Part shown: one piece after another, positions 55,255 to 64,000 of the stretch
How the letters are laid out: each line of letters begins with the position of its first letter
Position numbering within the stretch: position 1 is the first letter of the stretch
DNA from: Candidatus Binatia bacterium
GTDB lineage: Bacteria; Desulfobacterota; Binatia; UBA12015
NCBI GenBank assembly: GCA_046327915.1
Contig: JAXLXO010000004.1
Location: forward strand, 311,064 to 375,063
Direction: 5' to 3'
DNA length: 64,000 bases
The notes under the pieces: generated by a model
The model's input: the letters and a program-made list of their open reading frames with translations, nothing else
The model's database searches: none
Told to the model about the DNA's origin: nothing
Program-made: the position numbers and the translations under genes

Positions 55255-57222
55255 ATGACAAGCAAGACCTTCGTGGCCATCGGCCTGCTCGCCGCCGTCG
55301 CGCTGGGGTGCGCGCAGCCGGTGAAGCGTCGCGACTGGTCCGGCTACGACGGTCCGGGAGCCGCGGCCTTCGCGCGCGGCACGTTCCCGCCGCCGATGGT
55401 CGAGGACCCGGTCGAGCCCGCGAATCGCGTGGTGTGGGGCGTGAACGACTTCTTCATCGAGTGGGTCGCGAGCCCGGTCGGCCGCGTCTACCGCTTCGTC
55501 ACGCCGCGCTTCCTGCGCGACCGCATCCGCGACTTCGCGCGCAACCTCGAGTTCCCGCGCAACTTCGTCGCCAACGTCCTGCAGGGCGAGCTCGGCGGCG
55601 CCGGACGCGAGACCGGCCGCTTCCTCGCCAACACCACCGTCGGCATCGCCGGCCTGTGGGATCCGGCGAGCCACTGGTTCCACATCGCGCCGGCCGAGGA
55701 GGACTTCGGACAGGTGTTCGCGCGCTGGGGCTGGCGCCGCTCGACCTACTTGACGCTGCCGATCTTCGGTCCGAGCACGGTGCGCGACGGCATCGGCCTG
55801 ATCCCCGACACTGCGCTCGATCCCGCGCAGCTCTTCTTCCCGGCCGCGCCCGCATTCAAGTTCAACGACCTGGTCGACACGCTCGACGAGTACCAGCGCT
55901 TCTCGGCGAGCTCGTTCGACATGTACGACGACGCGCGCCTGCTCGCGACCTTCGCGCGCGAGGTGGAGATCGAGGAGCCGCGCTGGAGCACGCCGAGCGA
56001 GGACACCGGCGCGGTGCAGACGCTCGGTGCGACGCTGCTCGTCCCGCAGGACGACGGCTTCGCGCGGACGCTCTCGACGGGCTTCGTGCGCGTGCCCGGC
56101 AACGGCGGCCTGCTGCCGTTCTCGTACCGCATGCAGGACGAGCGCGCGCCGCTGGTGTTCATCGTGCCCGGTCTCGGCGCGCACCGCCTGAGTGGAGCCG
56201 TCGTGGCGCTCGCGGAGCTCGCGTGGCAGCGCGGCTGCTCGGTGGCGATCGTCAGCAGCACGATGAACGCAGAGTTCCTCGCCGACGGCGGCAGCGTCCC
56301 CGTTCCGGGCCACGCGCCGACCGACGCGCGCGACGTCCACCTCGCGCTCGACCAGATGGACCACGACCTCGAGCGCCGCTTCCCGGGGCGCGTCGCGCGG
56401 AAGGTCTACCTCGGCTACTCGCTGGGCGCCTTCCACGGCTTCTACATCGCCGCCTCGGAGCGCGACCCCGGCGACGCGCTGGTGCGCTTCGACGACTACG
56501 TGCTGGTCGACCCGCCGGTGAAGCTGGTCGCCGGCATGGAGAAGCTCGACGGCTTCGCGACGGTTCCGCGCGCGCTGCCGGTGGAGCAGCGCGACGCCGA
56601 GGCGCGGCGCATCCTGCTCAAGGGCGTCGCGGTCGGACAGCGCGCGCTCGCGGCGCAGACCGGAGCGGAGATCTTCAGCCACTACACGGTCGACTCGTAC
56701 GAGGAGCTGCCGCCGGCGCTGCCGCAGCCGCTGCCGTTCACCAACGCCGAGGCCGAGTACCTGGTCGGCTTCGCGTTCCAGCGCTCGCTGAAGGCCGTGC
56801 TGTACGCGAGCCAGGAGCGCGACGACCTCGGCATCCTGCTGACCGAGCGCCGTCCGCTGCGGCGCAATCCGCCGTACACCGAGATCGGCGACTACTCGTT
56901 CGCGATGTACTTCTACGGCTTCGTGCTGCCGTACCACCGCGACCATCTCGGGAGCGTCGCGACGGCGGAGCAGATGGTCGAGGCGAACGACCTGCGCGCG
57001 ATCGCCGACGGCCTGCGCGACAATCCGAAGCTGCACGTGTTCGCCAACGAGAACGACTTCCTCACGTCCGACGAGGATCTCGCGTGGCTCTCGGCGACCG
57101 TCGGCAACGAGCGCGTGCGCATCTTCCCGAGCGGCGGACACCTCGGGAACCTGCACCGTCCCGACGTGCAGGCCGTGATCCTGGCACCGCTCACGGCGCC
57201 AGCGCCGACGCCCGCGCCGTGA
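55255..57222 (+). CDS. MlaA/VacJ-family lipoprotein fused to a C-terminal alpha/beta-hydrolase domain
   Basis: Lipobox 'VALGCAQP'. Residues about 50-200 carry MlaA motifs ('NRVVWGVNDFF', 'NFVANVLQG', 'RFLANTTVGIAGLWDPA', 'EDFGQVFARWGW', 'LPIFGPSTVRDGIG'). The C-terminal 450 aa has a 'GYSLGA' nucleophile elbow, 'VFIVPGLGAH' and a terminal 'SGGHLGNLH'. Confidence 0.7.
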   Translation: MTSKTFVAIGLLAAVALGCAQPVKRRDWSGYDGPGAAAFARGTFPPPMVEDPVEPANRVVWGVNDFFIEWVASPVGRVYRFVTPRFLRDRIRDFARNLEFPRNFVANVLQGELGGAGRETGRFLANTTVGIAGLWDPASHWFHIAPAEEDFGQVFARWGWRRSTYLTLPIFGPSTVRDGIGLIPDTALDPAQLFFPAAPAFKFNDLVDTLDEYQRFSASSFDMYDDARLLATFAREVEIEEPRWSTPSEDTGAVQTLGATLLVPQDDGFARTLSTGFVRVPGNGGLLPFSYRMQDERAPLVFIVPGLGAHRLSGAVVALAELAWQRGCSVAIVSSTMNAEFLADGGSVPVPGHAPTDARDVHLALDQMDHDLERRFPGRVARKVYLGYSLGAFHGFYIAASERDPGDALVRFDDYVLVDPPVKLVAGMEKLDGFATVPRALPVEQRDAEARRILLKGVAVGQRALAAQTGAEIFSHYTVDSYEELPPALPQPLPFTNAEAEYLVGFAFQRSLKAVLYASQERDDLGILLTERRPLRRNPPYTEIGDYSFAMYFYGFVLPYHRDHLGSVATAEQMVEANDLRAIADGLRDNPKLHVFANENDFLTSDEDLAWLSATVGNERVRIFPSGGHLGNLHRPDVQAVILAPLTAPAPTPAP

Positions 57223-57250
57223 GGCGCGGGCGCGGCGGCGCGCCCGTCGA

Positions 57251-57646
57251 TCAGACGCCCAGGGCCTTCGCCTTCAGCTTCTCGAACTCGGCCGCGGAGA
57301 TCGTGCCGGAGTCGAGCAGCGCCTTCGCCTTCTGGATCTGATCCGCCGGTCCTTCGCCGCCCGCGACCGAACGCACGTAGCTGTCGAAGCGGGTCTGGGC
57401 CTCCTGCATCGCGCGCGCCGAGCGCGCCGCCATGCCGTTGCCGCGGACCATCAGGTAGACGAACACGCCGATGAACGGCGACACGATCAGCGCGATGATC
57501 CACACCGCCTTCACGCCGCCCGACATCTCGTGATCGCGGAACAGGTCTCCCATGACGTTCATCAGCAGCCAGAACCACACGACGAACAGGAAGATCTCGA
57601 CCATCCAGATCAGAACGTCCCAGTGGCCGAAGGTCGATTGCATCAT
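57251..57646 (-). CDS. PLDc_N-domain small membrane protein with C-terminal SHOCT domain
   Basis: 'MMQSTFGHWDVLIWMVEIFLFVVWFWLLMNV…KAVWIIALIVSPFIGVFVYLM' then 'ADQIQKAKALLDSGTISAAEFEKLKAKAL'. AGGGGGGA RBS. Confidence 0.7.
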   Translation of the reverse strand: MMQSTFGHWDVLIWMVEIFLFVVWFWLLMNVMGDLFRDHEMSGGVKAVWIIALIVSPFIGVFVYLMVRGNGMAARSARAMQEAQTRFDSYVRSVAGGEGPADQIQKAKALLDSGTISAAEFEKLKAKALGV

Positions 57647-57758
57647 GACGATTCCCCCCTTTGCAGCGGTGGCGCACCGGCCGCCGGCTGCCTGATTGTC
57701 GATCGGAACTGACGGGACGCAACCGGGCATTCTCGCGCCGCGGCCACGCCCGTCCAGG

Positions 57759-58919
57759 TCACGAGCCCGGTGCAGACTCCATGCGCTTCGCGGTGAGCGC
57801 ACGCTCGCCGTCGCCGCGGTGCAGGTCGAGCATGCCGCGGTCGATCGCCCACGCGGTGACCGACTCGAGCGCCGCCACGAGCTGCTGCTCCTGCTCCATG
57901 ACGCCTTTCCCGGTGCAGGCCTTCCGCGTCGTCGCGAGAGGGCCGATCGACAGCCGGTCGCCGTCGCGGGTGTAGGCCCCGTTGAAGCCGTTGCACCCGG
58001 CGAACCCGGACACGCGGCCGTCGCGGAACGAGAGCGTGACCGTCGTGTCGCCGAGCGGGCTCACCACGGCCTGGCGTCCGTTGTTGAAGCCCGTGATCGT
58101 CCAGCTGGTGCCGTCGAGCTCGGGCGGCGGAACCTTCGTGAAGGACAACGTCTCGCCGGCGGCCGACACGAGGGTCAGCGCGTCGCCGGCGACGGTGAAG
58201 CGCTGCGTGCCGGTCAGGGCGTGCGCCACGGCGTTCTCGACGTCGCCGAGCGGCGGCGGGCACGCCATGAGCGTTCCGGCCATCGGGCCGAAGGTCACGC
58301 GATCGCCGGCGACGGTGTAGCCGCCGCGCATCCGGTTGCAGCCGGCGAAGACCTGCATCGCTCCCGCGGAGAGCTGCACCGTCACGCCGTCCGGCACCGC
58401 GGCGAGGAAGGCCGCGTCGTGTCCGGGCAGGCTCGCGAGGCGCCAGGTCGGCCCTTCGAGCGCCGATCCGGCCGGAGCGGCGCCCGGGCCCGTCGAGCCG
58501 AGCACGCGACAGCACCCGGCGAGAACGCTCCCGTCGGGCAGCGAGACGCGCACCGTCACGGGATGCTGCACGTCCGACATGCCGTCGCTGCACGGCGTCT
58601 CCCGCAGGAACGCCACCAGCTCACCCGCGCCGGCTTCCGATCGGCCGCGCCAGATCCGCTCGGCCGCGAAGGGAACCTCGGTCGAAGCGCCGCGGAGCTG
58701 CACCGGGGCCGCGTCGGGCCGGTCGAGGCGGGCCTCCCCGGGACGCTCCAGCGAGAGTCCCCAGGACGGCTCGTTGCCGAAGCACATGAGCGGACGCGGC
58801 TCGGCCGCAGCTGCCGGGGAAACGGCGACGATCAGCCCGAGCGCTGCGCCGAGGGAACCCGAGATCCGGCCGCTTCGTCCGAGCGGCCCGCGTCTGCTGC
58901 ACGAGCTGAATGGTGACAT
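57759..58919 (-). CDS. secreted META-domain (HslJ-like) repeat protein
   Basis: Signal peptide. Repeated 'AGCNRMRGGYTVAGDRVTFGPMAGTLMAC' / 'AGCNGFNGAYTRDGDRLSIGPLATTRKAC' META signatures. Confidence 0.65.
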   Translation of the reverse strand: MSPFSSCSRRGPLGRSGRISGSLGAALGLIVAVSPAAAAEPRPLMCFGNEPSWGLSLERPGEARLDRPDAAPVQLRGASTEVPFAAERIWRGRSEAGAGELVAFLRETPCSDGMSDVQHPVTVRVSLPDGSVLAGCCRVLGSTGPGAAPAGSALEGPTWRLASLPGHDAAFLAAVPDGVTVQLSAGAMQVFAGCNRMRGGYTVAGDRVTFGPMAGTLMACPPPLGDVENAVAHALTGTQRFTVAGDALTLVSAAGETLSFTKVPPPELDGTSWTITGFNNGRQAVVSPLGDTTVTLSFRDGRVSGFAGCNGFNGAYTRDGDRLSIGPLATTRKACTGKGVMEQEQQLVAALESVTAWAIDRGMLDLHRGDGERALTAKRMESAPGS

Positions 58920-59020
58920 CCGGCTTTGCGCCCTATCGTTCGGCGGCGTAGATGGTCAAGCATCGGCAACGCCGCGGTCCCGCGCCGGGCACCGCGACCG
59001 GACGCCCGCGGAGACCGGCA

Positions 59021-60364
59021 GTGATCGAGAAACGACGGGATCGGATCGAACGAGGACGCGCGCTGCGCGAGACGGTGACGCGCTCGGCGCATGCCGAGTG
59101 GCAGCCGGGACCCGAGCGCCAGGACCCGATCGCCATCCTCGAGCGCCAGGCGAAGTCGCGGGTGAAGGAGCTGATCCCGGTCCGCTACGCGCGCATGGCG
59201 GAGTCGCCGTTCGCGTTCTTCCGCGGCGCCGCGGCCGTGATGGCGATGGACCTCGCCGCGACGCCGTCGACCGGTCTCCGCGTGCAGGCGTGCGGCGACG
59301 CGCACGTCAACAACTTCGGCAAGTTCGCGACCCCGGAGCGCAACCTGCTGTTCGACATCAACGACTTCGACGAGACGCTGCCGGGTCCGTGGGAGTGGGA
59401 CGTCAAGCGCCTGTGCGCGAGCCTGGCGATCGTCGTCCGGCAGCGCGGCTTCCGCCCGGTCGATGGCGAGCGCGTGGTCGAGGCCGCGGCGCGCACCTAC
59501 CGCGAGCACATGGCCGAGTACGCGCGGATGCGCATGCTCGAGGTCTGGTACGACCGGATCGCGGTCGAGGACGTGATCGCGCACTTCCCCGCCCGCTACC
59601 GCGACGCCGTGCGCCGCGACGTCGAGCGCGCGCAGAAGCGCGACCACCGCCGCGCAGTCGCGAAGCTGACGAAGCCCGTCGACGGCGAGTCGCGCTTCGT
59701 CGAGGACCCGCCGCTCGTGGTGCACGTCGACAAGGCCGGCTACGGCAAGGACGACGTCGCCGCGATGCTCGAGGACTATCGCAGCTCGCTCGCCGTGGAG
59801 CGCCGCGTCCTGCTCGACCGCTTCGAGCTGGTCGACGTCGCGCGCCGCGTGGTCGGCGTCGGCAGCGTCGGCACGCGCTGCTGGCTCGCGCTCTTCGAGG
59901 GACCGTTCCATCCCGATGGCGACCCGCTGGTGCTGCAGATCAAGGAGGCGCAGCCGTCGGTGCTCGAGCCCTACGTCGGCACCTGCGGCTTCGAGCACGG
60001 CGGGCTGCGCGTCGTCGCCGGCCAGCGCATGATCCAGGCCGCGAGCGACCTCTTCCTCGGCTGGTGCACGGCCCCGTCCGGCCGCAAGTACTACGTGCGT
60101 CAGCTGTGGGACGTGAAGGGCCAGAGCGACCCGATGACCATGACGCCGAGCGGGCTCGGCTACTACGGCGCGCTGTGCGCGTGGACGCTGTCGCGCGCGC
60201 ACGCGCGCACCGGCGACGCCGCGGCGATCGCGGGCTGGCTCGGCAAGTCGAACCGCTTCGACCGCGCGATCGTGGAGTTCTCGACGCGCTACGCGGAGGT
60301 CAACGAGAAGGACCACGCCCAGCTGTGCGAGGCGATCCGCAGCGGACGCGTGCGCGCGGCCTGA
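59021..60364 (+). CDS. DUF2252-family protein
   Basis: 'AFFRGAAAVMAMDLA', 'CGDAHVNNFG', 'LLFDINDFDET' are typical of DUF2252. GTG start with a GGAGA RBS; the table ORF starts at 58952, only 32 nt from the divergent gene. Confidence 0.65.
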   Translation: MIEKRRDRIERGRALRETVTRSAHAEWQPGPERQDPIAILERQAKSRVKELIPVRYARMAESPFAFFRGAAAVMAMDLAATPSTGLRVQACGDAHVNNFGKFATPERNLLFDINDFDETLPGPWEWDVKRLCASLAIVVRQRGFRPVDGERVVEAAARTYREHMAEYARMRMLEVWYDRIAVEDVIAHFPARYRDAVRRDVERAQKRDHRRAVAKLTKPVDGESRFVEDPPLVVHVDKAGYGKDDVAAMLEDYRSSLAVERRVLLDRFELVDVARRVVGVGSVGTRCWLALFEGPFHPDGDPLVLQIKEAQPSVLEPYVGTCGFEHGGLRVVAGQRMIQAASDLFLGWCTAPSGRKYYVRQLWDVKGQSDPMTMTPSGLGYYGALCAWTLSRAHARTGDAAAIAGWLGKSNRFDRAIVEFSTRYAEVNEKDHAQLCEAIRSGRVRAA

Positions 60365-60386
60365 GCGCGGCGACGGCACGACGACG

Positions 60387-61157
60387 ATGACGCGCAACCG
60401 CCTGCTGGTCGGCTTCTCGGCGCTGAGCGTCGCGGCGGCACTGCTGCTGCCCGCGGTGCCGCAGCCGCTCGACTACCACGACTTCGCCGACCACCGTGAC
60501 TTCTGCGGCATCGCGAACTTCCTCGACGTCGCGTCGAACGTCGGTTTCCTGCTGGTCGGACTGCTCGGCCTGCGCGTGGTCGCGCGCAGCTCCACCGAGT
60601 TCGAGCAGCCCGTCGAGCGCATTCCCTACGCCGTGTTCTTCGTCGGCATGGTGCTGACCGCGCTCGGCTCCGCGTACTACCACCTGTCGCCCGACAACGA
60701 GCGCCTGTTCTGGGACCGGCTGCCGATGACGGTCGCGTTCATGTCGCTGATCTGCGCGCAGGTGGTGGACCGCGTGTCGGTGCGCGGGGGACTCGCGCTG
60801 CTCGTGCCTCTCCTGCTGCTCGGCGGCGCGTCGGTGGTCTACTGGCTCGCGACCGAGCGCGCGGGCGACGGCAACGTCGTCCCGTACGGCGTCCTGCAGG
60901 GATACTCGGTGGTGATGCTCGCGGTGTTCGCGGTGTCGCATCCGTCGCGCTACACGCGCGGCGCCGACATCTGGTGGGTGTTCGCGGGCTACGTCGCGGC
61001 GAAGGTCCTCGAGGCGGCGGACCGCCAGGCGTTCGAGATCGGCCACGTGCTGAGCGGACACACGCTGAAGCACCTGGTCGCGGCGGTCGCGGGAGCGGTG
61101 CTCTGCCGGATGCTGGCGCGGCGCACGCTGCGCGCGTACGTGCCGGCCGTCGCCTGA
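60387..61157 (+). CDS. ceramidase-family (alkaline ceramidase-like) membrane hydrolase
   Basis: 7-TM protein with 'SAYYHLSPDNERLFWDRLPMT' and C-terminal 'GHTLKHL' His motifs. 22 nt downstream of DUF2252. Confidence 0.6.
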   Translation: MTRNRLLVGFSALSVAAALLLPAVPQPLDYHDFADHRDFCGIANFLDVASNVGFLLVGLLGLRVVARSSTEFEQPVERIPYAVFFVGMVLTALGSAYYHLSPDNERLFWDRLPMTVAFMSLICAQVVDRVSVRGGLALLVPLLLLGGASVVYWLATERAGDGNVVPYGVLQGYSVVMLAVFAVSHPSRYTRGADIWWVFAGYVAAKVLEAADRQAFEIGHVLSGHTLKHLVAAVAGAVLCRMLARRTLRAYVPAVA

Positions 61158-61188
61158 CGCGACGGCGCCGCGCGCACCGTCGCGCAGC

Positions 61189-63267
61189 TCAGCGCACGTC
61201 GTCGGCGGGATCGTCCGCGCCCGACGAGTCGTCGGCGCCCGGCTCGGCGAGCGGCAGGGTCTCGCGCGCTCCCTCGGGCACGTCGAGCTCGACGGTCGCC
61301 GGCTCCGCGGCGAAGCGATCGCCCGGCGGGCGCGGCTCGAGGCGTCGCGGGCAGGCGACGGCGTCGTCGTCGCACACCCGATCGGCGTGCTCGACGAGGA
61401 TGCGGCGCACCTCCTCGATCGCGATCGGGTTGCGCTGCACGGAGTGTCCCGAGCGCGGCACGACCAGCTCCGACGCCACCCAGTCGAGGTGCGCGCTGTC
61501 GTAGCGCACGACGCCGTCGGTCTGGCCGTACGGCGGCAGGTCGCCGCGCACCGGGATGATCGAGTGCGCCTTCACGCCGCTCGGCGGCAGCGTGTCGACG
61601 AGCGCCTCGAGCAGCACGCTGCCGGGACGCATGCCGTACACCGAGCCGAACACCGGACGGCGCGGGTCGAAGCGCAGCGCGTCGGGGTTGCCGGTGACGA
61701 GGTCGCCGGTCGCGCCGGCGAGCGTCTGCGGCAGCTGCACGAAGCGCGCGAGCACGCTCGCGAACGAGCTGTCGGCCAGCGCCGCGCCACGGTGCGGCGT
61801 CGCGATGAACACGAGGCTCTTCACGAACGGCAGCGGCTCGAAGACGAACACCTGGCGCAGCAGCTCGCGCGTCTCCTCGCTCACGTACAGCTCGTCGATC
61901 GGCCGCGAGCTGATGCCCTTCCAGAAGCGGTCGCCGGACTCGATGGCGGTCATGTGCGTCAGCAGCCCGCCCTGGCTGTGGCCGATCACGACCATCTGCT
62001 GCAGCGCCGGATCGCGGTGCCCGGGATCGAGCCGGTCCACGGCGCCGGAAAGTGCTTGACGCAGCCGCATCGCCGAGTACGGGATCGCGTTGCCGCTGTC
62101 GTAGAAGAAGAACCAGAACTGGAAGCGTCCGCGCAGCCGCCGGTCGTTGGCGAGGACGTTGATCATGTCGGCCCAGCGTCCCGGGCTCGACCCGGTGCCG
62201 TGCACGAACACGACCGGGATGCGGCCCGGCCGGTACGGCTCGAGGAAGGTCAGCGGCTGCTCGATCTCGCTGCTGATCAGGTCGCCGCGCAGGATCCCGA
62301 AGCGCTCGAAGCGCCAGATGCGCGAGCGGCTCAGGCTGTAGGCGAGCGTCGCGCTGGGCTCCGACTCGAGCGGCACGCGCTCGCCGGCGATCTCGACGCC
62401 GTCGGTCTCGTAGCGGTTGTAGACGCGCAGCGTGGACTCGATCGTCGGCTGCGTGGCCTGCGTGCGCGGGTCGGGGATGCGCAGCAGCGCCGTGGTCGGG
62501 ACCTTCATCTCCGGCGGCAGGTAGAGCGACTCCGACGACGTCGCGTCGAGCGACTTGGTGCTCGCCGCGAGCGGCGCGCCGAGGCCCGGATCGCGGAAGC
62601 GTGCGCCGAGCCCGCGCACCTCGAGCTCCGCGACCGGCACGAACCCGTACATCCAGCGGTTCGCCCACTCGAGGCTCTGCTCGTCGAAGGTGACCGACAG
62701 CTTCTGTCCGAACGGCAGCGCGAAGTCGCCGGAGTGGAGATCGACCAGCGAGCCGTCGGGCGACGCGAAGCCCGCCGTCAGCGCGCGGTTGTAGAGGTCG
62801 GTCGCGATGCGCAGGCGGGGATCGAAGCGGTCGGGACGATCGGCCTTGTCGTCGGGAAAGAGGAACGCGTACGCGAACACGGCGGCGGCGAGGTCGTACT
62901 CGCGCCGTCCGCTGTCCTCGGCGTGCTTGAAGCACAGCTCGGCGAGCGCGAAGAGCGTGCCCGCGGGGTGGCGGACGGTGACCAGCCGCTCGTGCAGCAC
63001 GTCGAGCGCCGCGGCCGGGTTGCGCCGGAACTGCTCGGTCAGACCCCAGCGGTTGAGCACGTTCTCGCTGAAGATGCTGGGCGAGTCCGAGTTGAGCGCG
63101 CTGCGCGCGAGCTCGGCGCTCACCTGGCGCGCCGGCACGCGGCGCACCGTGATCGGCGGTCCGCACGCCGCGAGACCGAGCGTCAAGAGCAGAGTTGCGC
63201 TCACCCGCGCGACGCGCGATCGCCGCCTGCGTGCCGCCGTCGCCGCACCGCTCGTCGCGGGCATCAT
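61189..63267 (-). CDS. alpha/beta-hydrolase (lipase-like) lipoprotein
   Basis: Lipobox 'LGLAACGPP'. 'VVFVHGTGSS' and nucleophile elbow 'GHSQGG'. The 5' 240 codons of ORF 61189..63984 were rejected (Arg-rich). Confidence 0.65.
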   Translation of the reverse strand: MMPATSGAATAARRRRSRVARVSATLLLTLGLAACGPPITVRRVPARQVSAELARSALNSDSPSIFSENVLNRWGLTEQFRRNPAAALDVLHERLVTVRHPAGTLFALAELCFKHAEDSGRREYDLAAAVFAYAFLFPDDKADRPDRFDPRLRIATDLYNRALTAGFASPDGSLVDLHSGDFALPFGQKLSVTFDEQSLEWANRWMYGFVPVAELEVRGLGARFRDPGLGAPLAASTKSLDATSSESLYLPPEMKVPTTALLRIPDPRTQATQPTIESTLRVYNRYETDGVEIAGERVPLESEPSATLAYSLSRSRIWRFERFGILRGDLISSEIEQPLTFLEPYRPGRIPVVFVHGTGSSPGRWADMINVLANDRRLRGRFQFWFFFYDSGNAIPYSAMRLRQALSGAVDRLDPGHRDPALQQMVVIGHSQGGLLTHMTAIESGDRFWKGISSRPIDELYVSEETRELLRQVFVFEPLPFVKSLVFIATPHRGAALADSSFASVLARFVQLPQTLAGATGDLVTGNPDALRFDPRRPVFGSVYGMRPGSVLLEALVDTLPPSGVKAHSIIPVRGDLPPYGQTDGVVRYDSAHLDWVASELVVPRSGHSVQRNPIAIEEVRRILVEHADRVCDDDAVACPRRLEPRPPGDRFAAEPATVELDVPEGARETLPLAEPGADDSSGADDPADDVR

Positions 63268-63998
63268 GGACGCGCCACCGCCGGCTCGCGTCGCAGCTCC
63301 GGCGCCGCATCGTACACCGCTCTTCCGACGCGCTCGGGGTAGTCGTCGGGGAAGGTCCACAGGCCCTTGCCCGGTCCGTGCACGAGGCCGCGCCACGCCG
63401 GATCGAACGGGTAGACCATCGACAGCAGCACGTCGCTCGACACGCGCTGGTTCGCGAACCAGTAGCCGTGTCCGCGCATGCCGGTGGTCTCGTGGCGCCC
63501 GTAGACGCCGGCGACGTCGATGCCGACCAGACGGTCGTTGCCGACGAGCGTCTCGAGATCCTCGCGCGTCAGCTCGTCGAAGCGCGGACGTCCGAGACGC
63601 GAGGCGCGCGCGAGGAACGCCGCCGCCTTCAGCGCCACGTCGTCCTCGGAGAGATAGACCTCGGTGCGGCGCGCGATCGTCGTGAGCGCCGGCAGCTGCG
63701 CGCGCGCGAACGTCGCGAGGTCGATGTCGGCGGCGACGAAGATCGCGTTGGCGATGCGGTAGCGGCGCTGCAGCGCATCGGCGTCGTCCTCGGGATGGCG
63801 CTCGCGCAGCGCGACCAGCGCATCGGCGAGCAGCGGCGAGCCGCAGCTGAAGGCGATCACGTTGAGGCGCTTCGCCTTGCTGCGCTCCGCGACCAGCGTG
63901 ATCAGCCGCTCGATGTCGGGCACGAAGGCGCGCGCACGCGGGCAGTCGGTGAGGTAGCTCCACACGCGCGTTCCCGTCGGCCACGCGAAGGTCATCAC
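63264..63998 (-). CDS. DUF900-like alpha/beta-hydrolase, 5'-truncated by window edge
   Basis: '…NVIAFSCGSPLLADAL…' and C-terminal '…HGYWF…'. The ORF runs to the window end, so it is a partial gene. ATGA overlap with the downstream lipase gene. Confidence 0.5.
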   Translation of the reverse strand: MMTFAWPTGTRVWSYLTDCPRARAFVPDIERLITLVAERSKAKRLNVIAFSCGSPLLADALVALRERHPEDDADALQRRYRIANAIFVAADIDLATFARAQLPALTTIARRTEVYLSEDDVALKAAAFLARASRLGRPRFDELTREDLETLVGNDRLVGIDVAGVYGRHETTGMRGHGYWFANQRVSSDVLLSMVYPFDPAWRGLVHGPGKGLWTFPDDYPERVGRAVYDAAPELRREPAVARP

Positions 63999-64000
63999 CG

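Noticed and set aside
58336-60390. 684-aa + ORF and 58832..60397 minus ORF
   Set aside because: Shadows of the META and DUF2252 genes. The translations are Arg/Ala/Gly-rich.
60989-63342. 773-aa minus ORF and 651-aa + ORF (61387..63342)
   Set aside because: Alternative-frame or antisense to the lipase lipoprotein gene.

Overview
This window is very GC-rich (about 70%) and densely coding. It looks like a Myxococcota/Deltaproteobacteria-style chromosome: many lipobox lipoproteins, a PilT paralog and Ala/Arg-rich proteins. I saw no rRNA, tRNA, CRISPR array or obvious mobile element. Because of the GC content, the six-frame track is full of long antisense or shadow ORFs with Arg/Ala/Pro-rich, low-complexity translations; I rejected these. 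I support about 55 genes by protein-family motifs read directly from the translations. The main observations are:
- A 12 kb minus-strand nitrate-reduction supercluster at 13.4-25.2 kb. A cytoplasmic NasA/NarB-type molybdopterin nitrate reductase sits immediately upstream of a complete respiratory narGHJI. NarI is followed by a PpiC/NifM-type prolyl isomerase, a mono-haem cytochrome c, a TehA/SLAC1-type anion channel and a small secreted protein. A ClC-family channel is encoded divergently at 25.4-26.8 kb. No NarK-type MFS nitrate/nitrite porter is visible. The ClC and TehA/SLAC1-like channels are therefore candidate nitrate/nitrite transporters, which would be a non-canonical arrangement.
- A Tgt (queuine tRNA-ribosyltransferase) fused to a C-terminal MnmC-type (DUF752) methyltransferase domain.
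- An MlaA/VacJ lipoprotein domain fused to an alpha/beta-hydrolase domain.
- A sulfated-glycan utilisation-like locus with four sulfatases, a GH10 xylanase and a TetR regulator.
- A 19-bp perfect direct repeat in the divergent promoter region between an ABC-2 exporter/YfhO-like operon and the pilT paralog.
- An island enriched in lipid-hydrolase genes at 49-64 kb.
All gene starts are my own calls; several are GTG/TTG starts supported by 4-nt GTGA/ATGA overlaps. Coordinates may be off by one to a few codons at the 5' ends.
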